The position numbers and the translations under genes are program-made. A stretch of 32,000 bases of DNA from Verrucomicrobiota bacterium (GTDB lineage Bacteria > Verrucomicrobiota > Kiritimatiellia > UBA8416 > JABMPJ01): contig JABGQM010000037.1 in assembly GCA_018648805.1 (NCBI GenBank), positions 1 to 32,000 on the forward strand, read 5' to 3'. Under the pieces are notes generated by a model, which did not search any database, had not been told where the DNA came from, and saw nothing but the letters and a program-made list of their open reading frames with translations. This document shows positions 15,928-24,467 of the stretch, piece by piece; the stretch's first letter is position 1; each line of letters starts with the position of its first letter.

Positions 15928-17756
15928 GCTTCGATCTTAGCCAGGACCTGGGCCGTGGCGACTTGGTCGCCCTTGGCCACGCTCACTTCGCTGAGCGTAC
16001 CGGAGATCGGTGCGGGCACCTTCATCTCCATCTTCATGGCCTCCAGGATCAGGATCGGGTCGCCCTCGTTAACATGGCTTCCCGGGGTGGCGCTGACCTG
16101 GATCACGACGCCCGGCATGGGTGCCTGCACATCGGTCAGTTCACCAGATGAGCCGGCCTGTTTGGGTGTGACCGCGGTAGCGGCGGCGCCCTCTTCTTTG
16201 AGGTCCACGACGTAGGCCTTGTCGTTCACATGGGCATGGTTGCCGTCGAACTTGACCGAGTACTTGTGTCCGCTCACGGTAACGGTGTAGGTGCCGGACG
16301 GCTTAGCCGGTTTGGCTCCTGTCGGTGCGCCGCTATCGGCCTGTGCCGCGGGGTCTACCTTGCGGATACCCAGCGTGGCGTTGCCCTTGAGGAAGTCGAC
16401 GCCCTTGTCTCTGCAGGTGGCGACGATGAAGACATTCTCTTCAGTCTCCTCGATTCCTTCTGCCTTCAAAAGCTTACGGGCGACATCCAAACCCTTGGTC
16501 GGGTCTTCGTCGTTGATTTCAACAGCGGTACGGGTTGTCGGCTCAAGCTCGAGCTGCTCGGAGGCCAACTTGACCACGCTCGGATCCGGCGAAACCGGTG
16601 TCTTGCCGAAGTAGCCCAGGACCATCTTGCCGTAACCGTCGGCGATCTTGGTCCATGGACCGAACATGACGTTATTGAAGGCCTGCTGGAAGTAGAACTG
16701 TGAGACCGGGGTGACGGACGTGCCGTACCCGCCGCAGCGCACTACGTCGCCCATGGCGGCGATGATGGAGGGGAACTTATCCATGATGTTGTTATCACGC
16801 AGCATCTGCGTGTTGGCCGTCAGGGCGCCGCCGGGCATCGGGCTCCACGGGATGAGCGGTTCCACAGCGGTAGCCTCGGGCGGCAGGAAGTAATCCTTCA
16901 TGCACTCCTTGAAGACCACTTCCGCTTCGCGGATCTTGTCGATATCGCAATCGAGCTCAAATTCCGACCCCCGCAGTGAGTGCCACATCGTGAGTACATC
17001 CGGCTGACAGGTTCCGCCTGAGCAGGGGGCCAGGGAGAGGTCGATCACGTCGGCGCCGCCTTCCAGCGCTTCGCGGTTGCAGGCAACACCGATACCGGCG
17101 GTGTCGTGCGTATGGAAGTGAATGATGGTGTCTTCGGGCAGCATCTTGCGGGCGCGCTTGATCGTGCGGCGGACCTTGGCCGGGGTGGAGGTACCGGAAG
17201 CGTCCTTGAAGCAGACGGAGTCGAACGGAATCTCCGCATCCAGGATCTTCTGCAGGACCTCGGCATAGAAGTCGGGACCGTGCGAGCCCGTACAGCCCGG
17301 GGGCAGTTCCATCATGGTAACACAAACCTGATGCTTGAGGCCGGCCTCGACGATGGCGCGGCCACTGTGGATCAGGTTGTTGACGTCATTGAGTGCATCG
17401 AAGTTACGGATCGTGGTGATGCCGTGCTTCTTGAACAGCTTGGCATGCAGGCTGATGACGTCGCTCGACTGGGACTCCAGGCCGACCACGTTGGCGCCAC
17501 GTGCCAGCGTCTGCAGGTCGGCTTCGGGTCCGGCGGCGCCGCGGAAGGCGTCCATCATGTCGAAAGCGTTCTCGTTGCAGTAGAAGAAAAGCGACTGGAA
17601 GCGTGCGCCGCCACCGGCCTCAAAATGGCTGATCCCGGCATCGCGGGCCGCTTCAACGGCCGGCAGGAAATCGTCGGTCAACACGCGTGCCCCATAGACC
17701 GACTGAAAGCCGTCGCGGAACGCCGTGCACATGAATTTAACTTTTTTCATCCCCAT
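15924..17756 (-). CDS. oadA: Oxaloacetate decarboxylase alpha subunit (carboxyltransferase plus biotinyl carrier domain)
   Basis: 610 aa. It has a pyruvate-carboxyltransferase TIM-barrel N-terminus (FMCTAFRDGFQS...HFHTHDTAGIGVA) and a C-terminal biotinyl domain with LEAMKMEMKV. An alternative start lies 2 codons in, at 17750. The stop overlaps the srkA stop in a convergent arrangement. Confidence 0.85.
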   Translation of the reverse strand: MGMKKVKFMCTAFRDGFQSVYGARVLTDDFLPAVEAARDAGISHFEAGGGARFQSLFFYCNENAFDMMDAFRGAAGPEADLQTLARGANVVGLESQSSDVISLHAKLFKKHGITTIRNFDALNDVNNLIHSGRAIVEAGLKHQVCVTMMELPPGCTGSHGPDFYAEVLQKILDAEIPFDSVCFKDASGTSTPAKVRRTIKRARKMLPEDTIIHFHTHDTAGIGVACNREALEGGADVIDLSLAPCSGGTCQPDVLTMWHSLRGSEFELDCDIDKIREAEVVFKECMKDYFLPPEATAVEPLIPWSPMPGGALTANTQMLRDNNIMDKFPSIIAAMGDVVRCGGYGTSVTPVSQFYFQQAFNNVMFGPWTKIADGYGKMVLGYFGKTPVSPDPSVVKLASEQLELEPTTRTAVEINDEDPTKGLDVARKLLKAEGIEETEENVFIVATCRDKGVDFLKGNATLGIRKVDPAAQADSGAPTGAKPAKPSGTYTVTVSGHKYSVKFDGNHAHVNDKAYVVDLKEEGAAATAVTPKQAGSSGELTDVQAPMPGVVIQVSATPGSHVNEGDPILILEAMKMEMKVPAPISGTLSEVSVAKGDQVATAQVLAKIEA

Positions 17757-17790
17757 GACTCACCTCACTGTAACGCTGTCAAAAAAAAAC

Positions 17791-18939
17791 TTAGTGGACC
17801 AAGATCGACCAGAGGATACCTGCGGCGATGGCAGAACCGATCACGCCCGCCACGTTGGGCGCCATGGCGTGCATCAGCAGGAAGTTGTCGGGGTCCTCCT
17901 GTTGTCCCACCATCTGGACCACGCGCGCCGAGTCGGGCACGGCCGAGACGCCCGCGGCACCAACCAGCGGATTGATTTTATCCTTCAAGAAGAGGTTCAT
18001 GAACTTGGCGAACAGGACGCCGCCAGCTGTCGCCACACAGAAGGAGGCGGCACCCAAACCGAAGATGCAGAGCGATTGGGGGGTCAGGAAGTTGCTGGCC
18101 TGGGTGCTGGCGCCGACCGAGAAGCCGAGCAGGATGGTAACGATGTCGATCATGGACGTGCGGGCCGTCTGGGCCAAACGCTCGGTCACGCAGCTCTCCT
18201 TGAGCAGGTTGCCGAGGAAGAGCATGCCGAGCAGGGTCATCGCGCCCGGGACAATCAGTGCGCAGATCAGAAAGGCCGCGATCGGGAAGATGATCTTTTC
18301 ACGCTTACCGACCTCGCGGGGCGGCTTCATCCTGATCAAGCGCTCTTTCTTCGTGGTGAGCAGCTTCATGATCGGTGGCTGGATGACCGGTACAAGGGCC
18401 ATATAGGAGTAGGCCGCGATGGCGATCGCACCCAGGAGGTGGGGCGCAAGTTTTGAGGCCAGGAAGATGGACGTCGGGCCGTCGGCGCCACCGATGATTC
18501 CGATCGCGGCGGCTTCCCGGATGCCGAAGTTCAGGCCATCAAACAGGCCGCCCAGGAAGACGGCCCCGATGAGCGTCAGAAAGATGCCGATTTGGGCGGC
18601 GGCCCCGAGCAGGATCAGCTTTGGGTTCGAGAGCATGGTTGAGAAGTCGGTCATGGCGCCGATACCCAAAAAGATGAGCGGCGGGAAGACCCCCTGGCGA
18701 ACACCGAAGTAGATGAAGCTCATCACGCTACCTTCGTCATACACGCCGAGTGCCATGTTGGCCACGAAGGGGATATTGCCGACCACGGCACCAAACCCGA
18801 TGGGTAGGAGCAGGAGCGGCTCGTAGTCCTTGATGATCGCCAGCGAGATGAAGACGATGCCGATCACGATCATGATGGCGTTGCCCCATGTCATCTGGGC
18901 GAAGCCGGTCGTTTCAATGAATTGATAAAGAATGTCCAT
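17791..18939 (-). CDS. oadB: Na+-translocating decarboxylase beta subunit
   Basis: 382 aa and polytopic. The N-terminus MDILYQFIETTGFAQMTWGNAIMIVIGIVFISLAIIKDYEPLLLLPIGFG and the remainder match the OadB/GcdB/MmdB family. Confidence 0.9.
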   Translation of the reverse strand: MDILYQFIETTGFAQMTWGNAIMIVIGIVFISLAIIKDYEPLLLLPIGFGAVVGNIPFVANMALGVYDEGSVMSFIYFGVRQGVFPPLIFLGIGAMTDFSTMLSNPKLILLGAAAQIGIFLTLIGAVFLGGLFDGLNFGIREAAAIGIIGGADGPTSIFLASKLAPHLLGAIAIAAYSYMALVPVIQPPIMKLLTTKKERLIRMKPPREVGKREKIIFPIAAFLICALIVPGAMTLLGMLFLGNLLKESCVTERLAQTARTSMIDIVTILLGFSVGASTQASNFLTPQSLCIFGLGAASFCVATAGGVLFAKFMNLFLKDKINPLVGAAGVSAVPDSARVVQMVGQQEDPDNFLLMHAMAPNVAGVIGSAIAAGILWSILVH

Positions 18940-18961
18940 TTAAATACCTCTGCAGAAAACG

Positions 18962-19219
18962 CTACTCCGGGGAACCATACTTCTCGCGGTAGAGGGCGGC
19001 GGCGATGGCCACGGCCACTCGGTCGTGATCCGTTGCGGCCTTCGTGTCAGAATCAGGGAATACCTTGGCCACGAGCGTCAGCAGGTGTGGCAACGCGGCA
19101 ATAAAGGCACTGATCAGGACCAGCGAGACAAAAACAATGCACATACCAACCGCCGAAACGGCCAGACCGTTGGGTTCCGAGTTCAGGACCCGTTCCCAGC
19201 CTACAGATACACTATTCAT
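18962..19219 (-). CDS. oadG: Decarboxylase gamma subunit (OadG-like membrane anchor)
   Basis: 85 aa with a single TM helix (LAVSAVGMCIVFVSLVLISAFIAAL). It sits directly upstream of oadB. AGGAG lies 11 nt before the ATG. The call rests on position and topology rather than strong motifs. Confidence 0.65.
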   Translation of the reverse strand: MNSVSVGWERVLNSEPNGLAVSAVGMCIVFVSLVLISAFIAALPHLLTLVAKVFPDSDTKAATDHDRVAVAIAAALYREKYGSPE

Positions 19220-19411
19220 CCCTACACGCTCCTGTCATATCTTTTCAGTGGAAAGAGATAAGCGGGTGATGGTGCCCATAGTTTAGAGAAAAAGCAAGTA
19301 AAACCACCCGTTTCTGACGATCTCGTCTAGAGCGGCCTAAAATACAGGGATGATGCCGCCTTTTCTGTGCCAAACGATAGGAGGCTGAACAGGCGGCGAG
19401 TGGGGGCGCGG

Positions 19412-21055
19412 CTATTTCTCGCCGGCGAGGGCCTCGGCGATGTTGAGGCCGTGGCTTCTGATCTTGCGGTAGCTTTGCAGCATATCCGCGTACATCAGCC
19501 CACCCAGCGGCGAACACTGACCTTGCTCAAGGCGCGACATATGCAACTTCGAGAAATCCTTGAAGAGGTGGGTAATATGTTGGCCTGAGGTCTCGGCCTT
19601 GCTCAGGATATCGACATTGTCCGCATGGACCGCGGCCGTGATCATGATCATATACTCGGCCACGCTGTCATGCAGAGCCAGCAGGTGTTCGCGGGCCGGT
19701 TCCGAGAAGGTCTCTTCTGAATGGCGCTGCTTGAGGTGGAGCTTCAAGATGGTGGTCAGGTAGTCGCTGATCGATTCGTACTCATCGGCCATGCGGAGCT
19801 GCTTACGGCTCTCCATCGCCACCTCGGCGGGCACGTTGCCTTGTGCCATGGCGGCCAGGAACTCCATGATCTCTTTCTGGACCACATCCAGAACGTTCTC
19901 ACGATGAAACAGCTTGCGCTCCAGCTCCTCGTCCGGTTCGGTGGCGGTCAGTAGGGTGCGTAGCCAGTTGAACATCTTCTCGACGCTCTCGCCCATGCGT
20001 TTGATCTCGTCGAACGACTGTTCCACCCCGAAGGCCGGCGTATCCAGCATGCGTACATCCAGGAAGGTCAGGTGGCGCACCTCCTTGTGCTTCCTGTCGG
20101 GGACGAGGCGTTGCAGCAGGGCGGCAATGGTCTGTACAAAGGGCAGAAAGAGGCAGACGAGAAGAATATTGAAGATGGTATGTGAGATCGCGATCCGCTT
20201 GGCGATATCGAGATCCACGCTGACAAAGCGATTGAGCAGATTCGTGTACCCGAAGAAGAAGATGCTCAGGAGGAAGACGCCAACTGCCTTGATGAGGATA
20301 TGCGCATAGGCCGCACGGCGCGCATAGGTTGCGGTGCCGAGACTGGCCAGGTAGGCCGTGATGGTCGTGCCGATGTTCTGTCCCAGTACCAGCGCCACGG
20401 CCGTGTCGAACTCGATGACACCTGTGCGGGCGAGGGTGATGGTGATAGCAATCGTGGCTGAAGAGGATTGCACGATGGCCGTGACGACCGCCCCTACCGC
20501 AATGCAGCGTAGCACCCCGAGATAATCTTTGGGCTGGAACCTGGAGAACCATGCCACAAAAGCGTCGGCCTCACGCAGCGGCTCGAGGCCCTCTTTCATG
20601 ATCTGCAGGCCGAAGAAGATCATGCCGATGCCCATGATCAGCATGGCGATGTAGCGGATACGGTCGTTCTTGGTAAAGAGGAAGAAGAAACCGGACAGTC
20701 CGAGGACCGGCAGTCCATACTGTAGAATATTGAGCGAGACAATCCACGCGGTGATCGTGGTGCCCAGGTCGGCGCCGAGAATAACCCCGATCGCCTGGGC
20801 CAGGGTCATCACTCCGGCATTCACCAGTCCGACAACCATCACGGTTGTAACTGAGCTGGACTGGATGAGGGCCGTGATGGCGGCGCCGGTCCCGCACGCC
20901 ATCACCCGGTTGTCGGTGACAGCGTTGATCATCCGGCGCAGGCGGCGGCCCGCGATGGCCTGCATGCCATCGGACATGTGCTTCATGCCCATCAGGAAGA
21001 GGCAGAGCCCCCCGATAACGGCAAACACCATCGCAACTGCCATCTGACCATTCAT
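19412..21055 (-). CDS. Na+/phosphate cotransporter family protein with C-terminal PhoU-like domain
   Basis: GGLCLFLMGMKHMSDGMQ...ALIQSSSVTTVMVVGLVNAG and a second QSSSATIAITITLA repeat are the Na_Pi_cotrans signature. The C-terminus is helical and PhoU-like. The start at 21055 (MNGQMAV...) gives the family-typical short N-terminus. The track start is 21151. Confidence 0.85.
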   Translation of the reverse strand: MNGQMAVAMVFAVIGGLCLFLMGMKHMSDGMQAIAGRRLRRMINAVTDNRVMACGTGAAITALIQSSSVTTVMVVGLVNAGVMTLAQAIGVILGADLGTTITAWIVSLNILQYGLPVLGLSGFFFLFTKNDRIRYIAMLIMGIGMIFFGLQIMKEGLEPLREADAFVAWFSRFQPKDYLGVLRCIAVGAVVTAIVQSSSATIAITITLARTGVIEFDTAVALVLGQNIGTTITAYLASLGTATYARRAAYAHILIKAVGVFLLSIFFFGYTNLLNRFVSVDLDIAKRIAISHTIFNILLVCLFLPFVQTIAALLQRLVPDRKHKEVRHLTFLDVRMLDTPAFGVEQSFDEIKRMGESVEKMFNWLRTLLTATEPDEELERKLFHRENVLDVVQKEIMEFLAAMAQGNVPAEVAMESRKQLRMADEYESISDYLTTILKLHLKQRHSEETFSEPAREHLLALHDSVAEYMIMITAAVHADNVDILSKAETSGQHITHLFKDFSKLHMSRLEQGQCSPLGGLMYADMLQSYRKIRSHGLNIAEALAGEK

Positions 21056-21186
21056 ATGCGGCAAACCCCATGCAAGACAAGTGGTCAGATCGTGCCGGAA
21101 CGGCGCGCTTAACGCAAGAATGAACCCGGCCCGCTCGGCGTGTCCCGCCATAGCCTTTGGCTACGGCGGAAGAGCGGGCCCTACCT

Positions 21187-21206
21187 GTTTCTTCCCGTTT
21201 CTTCCC
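21187..21206. repeat. Exact tandem 10-mer GTTTCTTCCC x2 in an intergenic leader
   Basis: Seen directly at 21187-21196 and 21197-21206. It lies between the isomerase stop (21228) and the Na/Pi transporter start. On the transcribed strand it reads GGGAAGAAAC GGGAAGAAAC. Confidence 0.6.
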
Positions 21207-21227
21207 GACAGGCCCTGGTAAGGGCAC

Positions 21228-22178
21228 CTAGACCGGGTTGGGCACGAAGTCGCCGCGACAGCTCTTGAGATAGTTCAGGCCACGGACCTGGCCGCTCATC
21301 TCCAGCTTGCCGTTCATGACCGGGTCATGCCAGCCTTCGATATCGATGCAGCCATTAAAGTTCACACGCCGCAGCTCGGTGATGATGTCGGCCCAGTTGC
21401 TGTCGCCGAATCCCGGCGTGCGGTGATAGGCAAAGGCCGGCACGCTCTGGGATGCTCCTGGCAGGGCAATGTCGCCGTGCATTGAGGAATGCACGCCGTA
21501 CTTGCGCACCACGTCCCAGTGCACGCTGGCATCCTTGCCGTGGACGTGGAAGATCTTTGGGGCCCACTCGCGCAATTGCGGCATGGGATCGATCAAGCTC
21601 ACCATCTGGTGACAGGGCTCCCACTCCAACCCCATGTTGTCGGCCGGTACGGCATCGAACATCATCTCCCAGGCGGTCGGGTTGTGGGCTATGTTCCAGT
21701 CGCCGGTCTGCCAGGTGCCGCCCATGTCGCAGTTCTCGAACGCGATGCGTACGCCCTTGCCGGCCGCCCGCTTGGCCAGCGGGGTCCAGATACGCTTGAA
21801 CGCCTTCATGCTTTCATCTATGCGTTTGCCGCGCACGCGCCCAGTGAAACCGGCCACGATATCGCAGTTGAACAAGTGGGCGTTGTCGATACATTGGCGC
21901 CATCCCTTGAGCGTCTCCTTGTCCTTGGCTTCAGATTCGAGTGGATTGCCGAACACGCCCAGCGACGAAATGACGGCATCGGTCCCCTCGAGTACGGCAT
22001 TGACCTCTTTGGCCAGCTTCTTGAAGTTTACTCCCTCACAGGTCTGCCAGAAGGTCAGGCTGAAGGATTCGAAACCATGCGGAAGAATCTGCTGGATATA
22101 CTCCGGCGATTTCATGCCGGCGTTAACCAGTGTGCCAATGCGAATATCGGGCTCGAGTGCGGTGGGGGTCTTGCTCAT
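21228..22178 (-). CDS. Sugar-phosphate isomerase/epimerase (xylose-isomerase-like TIM barrel)
   Basis: 316 aa from the ATG at 22178 (MSKTPTAL...; AAGGAG upstream). IAFENCDMGG...WEPCHQM...HVHGKD...IDIEGWHDP is the AP-endonuclease-2/xylose-isomerase-like barrel pattern. Confidence 0.8.
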   Translation of the reverse strand: MSKTPTALEPDIRIGTLVNAGMKSPEYIQQILPHGFESFSLTFWQTCEGVNFKKLAKEVNAVLEGTDAVISSLGVFGNPLESEAKDKETLKGWRQCIDNAHLFNCDIVAGFTGRVRGKRIDESMKAFKRIWTPLAKRAAGKGVRIAFENCDMGGTWQTGDWNIAHNPTAWEMMFDAVPADNMGLEWEPCHQMVSLIDPMPQLREWAPKIFHVHGKDASVHWDVVRKYGVHSSMHGDIALPGASQSVPAFAYHRTPGFGDSNWADIITELRRVNFNGCIDIEGWHDPVMNGKLEMSGQVRGLNYLKSCRGDFVPNPV

Positions 22179-22252
22179 GCTATTACCAACTCCTTTTTGT
22201 GTTTCGCGCATTAGAGACAAACGCACCGGGGCACACAAGAAGAAACAGTGCT

Positions 22253-23569
22253 TCAGGCCAGATTGTGGCTAGTTGGCTTGACGGCGCGTCCGCTGTTGTT
22301 TGGGCGTGGCGTCAGGAGGAGCCAGTCGATGGCGACCAGGATGCCGAGGATCCCGTAGCAGGCCGGCACGAGATAAAAGGCCGTCGTCAAGTCGCCGCTG
22401 CGATTGCCCAGGGCGCCCATGAGATAGGTGAATACGCCGCAGCCCGGCACACCGGCGCAGGAGAGCAGGATCAGGAGCACGGTCGAATCCGCACCGGGCA
22501 GGCGATCGGTGGCATAGCTCTGGATGCTGGGCCAAAAAGGCGCCGTGGCCACCCCGGCCAGAAAGAGCAAGCCGAAGAACAGCCCGACCGTGTCGGCTGT
22601 TGGCAGGAAGAGGCACACGCCGGTCCCGACCACGGCCGAGCAGACCAGGAGCTGCTTGAGCTGGTGCTGGCGAATCAGGTAGCCCCAACCGATCCGGCCG
22701 AGGACCATGCCCGCCGCGAAAAGGGCGACACCCACGCCGCCGCTCCAGGCCTGCGTGCCGTAGCGTAGTTGGATGTGACTGGCGCTCCAGAAGGTCAGGC
22801 AGAACTCCCCGCCACCCGCCAGAAACATGGCTGCGTAGTAGAGCCAGAAGCGGGGCTCCCGGGCAAGCTTGGCCGCAAACCCCCAGATGTGACTCCAGTG
22901 TGTACGCTCGGTCGCGTCCGGGTAACGCGGCCCGGATCGGCTTCGCCCCAACAACAGAGCGCCGGATAGAAATCCGAGGAATGAAACACAGCCTACCAGG
23001 AGACGCCACGACACCCCCAGTGTCAGGAGAGCGCCGGAAACCAGGACCGTCACCAGAACGCCGACCGACCAGAAGGCATGCGAGAAGTTGATATAGCGGC
23101 CCGGTTCGTCTCCCTGGTGGAGGTCCTGCACGAACGGGGTCACCAACCCCTCGATAACCCCCTCGCCGCATCCGGCCAGGAGGAGGGCCAGAAGCAGCAC
23201 CCCGTAGATCGGGGCAAAGGCGCACAGCAGCATTCCCAGCCCCATGAGCAGCACCGCCACCCCCAGCGACTGGCGCATGCCCCAGTGCCCTGCGGCAAAT
23301 CCGCTCAACAGCATGGTGCCCACCATCGCCACGGTGCGTCCCAAGTGTAGCGCGCCGCCGGCGGTCATGCCGCCGCTCTCGAGAGAGAAGCCGAGATCAC
23401 GTGCCAGCATGACCAACGCCACCGGCACCACGACCGACCCGGATGCGTAGGTAAAGAAGGTCAGAAACGCCGCATAGTCATAGCGACCGAACGACATTTT
23501 GCGGGAAGCCGTCACTGGCCCGGTCCCGTGGTGGGGAGGGTCAGAGTGTCTTGGTGTACCATCATGCAT
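22253..23569 (-). CDS. MFS transporter
   Basis: About 12 hydrophobic helices and a Gly/Leu/Ala-rich polytopic protein. The true start may be the internal ATG at 23497 (MSFGRYDY...). Confidence 0.8.
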   Translation of the reverse strand: MHDGTPRHSDPPHHGTGPVTASRKMSFGRYDYAAFLTFFTYASGSVVVPVALVMLARDLGFSLESGGMTAGGALHLGRTVAMVGTMLLSGFAAGHWGMRQSLGVAVLLMGLGMLLCAFAPIYGVLLLALLLAGCGEGVIEGLVTPFVQDLHQGDEPGRYINFSHAFWSVGVLVTVLVSGALLTLGVSWRLLVGCVSFLGFLSGALLLGRSRSGPRYPDATERTHWSHIWGFAAKLAREPRFWLYYAAMFLAGGGEFCLTFWSASHIQLRYGTQAWSGGVGVALFAAGMVLGRIGWGYLIRQHQLKQLLVCSAVVGTGVCLFLPTADTVGLFFGLLFLAGVATAPFWPSIQSYATDRLPGADSTVLLILLSCAGVPGCGVFTYLMGALGNRSGDLTTAFYLVPACYGILGILVAIDWLLLTPRPNNSGRAVKPTSHNLA

Positions 23570-23670
23570 GCCTCCCGCGTTTCTTCAGTGTGCAACGAGG
23601 CTAGTGTCGCGACCGGTAACTGTCAATAGACCCGGTTGCCTTTTGCTTCGGGGATCCGTAGAATGGGTTC

Positions 23671-24402
23671 ATGCGAGTCGAAACACTGCGGGCGGGCGAC
23701 AACTTTATCTATGTGCTGGTTGCCGGACAGCGGGCGGCGGTGGTGGATCCGGGTGTGGCGGGACCGGTGCAGGCCTTTCTGGATGCGGAGGGGTTGACGC
23801 TGGAGCTGATCCTGCTGACGCACTATCACGGCGATCACACCGGAGGTGTATCCGCACTGCGGCGTTCGGGTTGTGTCGTGGCGGGTCCGGCTGGCGGCCC
23901 GGTGGCCCTTGACCGGGTGGTCGTTGATGGCGAGGCGCTTGATTTCGGACATAGCGCCATCGAGGTGTTGGACGTGCCGGGGCACACCGCGCATGACACG
24001 GCCTACTGCCTCCCCGATGAGCCGGCCCTCTTCACGGGGGATGTGCTCTTTGCCGGCGGTTGTGGCCGCCTGTTTGGCGGCGATGCCGCGCCAATGTGGA
24101 GGTCGCTCTGCCGTTTGCGGGCGCTGCCCGCTGAGACCCGACTATATGGTGGCCATGACTATACCCTCGATAATCTCGAGTTTGCGGTTCACCTCGAGCC
24201 GGACCATCCCGGCGTGCGGGAGCGCCTGGCCCGGTTCCGTGCCGATCCACACGCCGCCCATCCTTCGACCCTCGCCGAGGAGAAGCGCACCAATCCCTTC
24301 CTGCGCTGTGACGATCCTGCTCTGGCCGCTACGATTGGCATGCCGGGCCGCGACGTGGTCGCCGTCTTCGCCGCCGTGCGCGGCATGAAGGATCGCTGGT
24401 GA
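23671..24402 (+). CDS. gloB: Hydroxyacylglutathione hydrolase (glyoxalase II)
   Basis: 243 aa. DNFIYVL......VVDPG....V...L...GL.L..ILLTHYHGDHTGG...VPGHTAHDTAY....LFTGDVLFAGGCGRLF.G....M..SL..L..LP..T.LYGGHDYT..NLEFA...EP......EK.TNPFLR is the full-length GloB pattern. Confidence 0.9.
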   Translation: MRVETLRAGDNFIYVLVAGQRAAVVDPGVAGPVQAFLDAEGLTLELILLTHYHGDHTGGVSALRRSGCVVAGPAGGPVALDRVVVDGEALDFGHSAIEVLDVPGHTAHDTAYCLPDEPALFTGDVLFAGGCGRLFGGDAAPMWRSLCRLRALPAETRLYGGHDYTLDNLEFAVHLEPDHPGVRERLARFRADPHAAHPSTLAEEKRTNPFLRCDDPALAATIGMPGRDVVAVFAAVRGMKDRW

Positions 24403-24467
24403 ATCAGCGGGTTGCAGCGCTGGCGCTTCTGCGCTATTTTCTCTACCTGACCATGAGAGGATAAGGC

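Noticed and set aside
17781-17789. A9 homopolymer (T9 on the coding strand) right after the oadB stop
   Set aside because: It is an intercistronic tract with no preceding hairpin, so it is not a convincing terminator. It lies about 25 nt upstream of the oadA RBS. It could in principle be a slippage site, but there is no evidence for phase variation.
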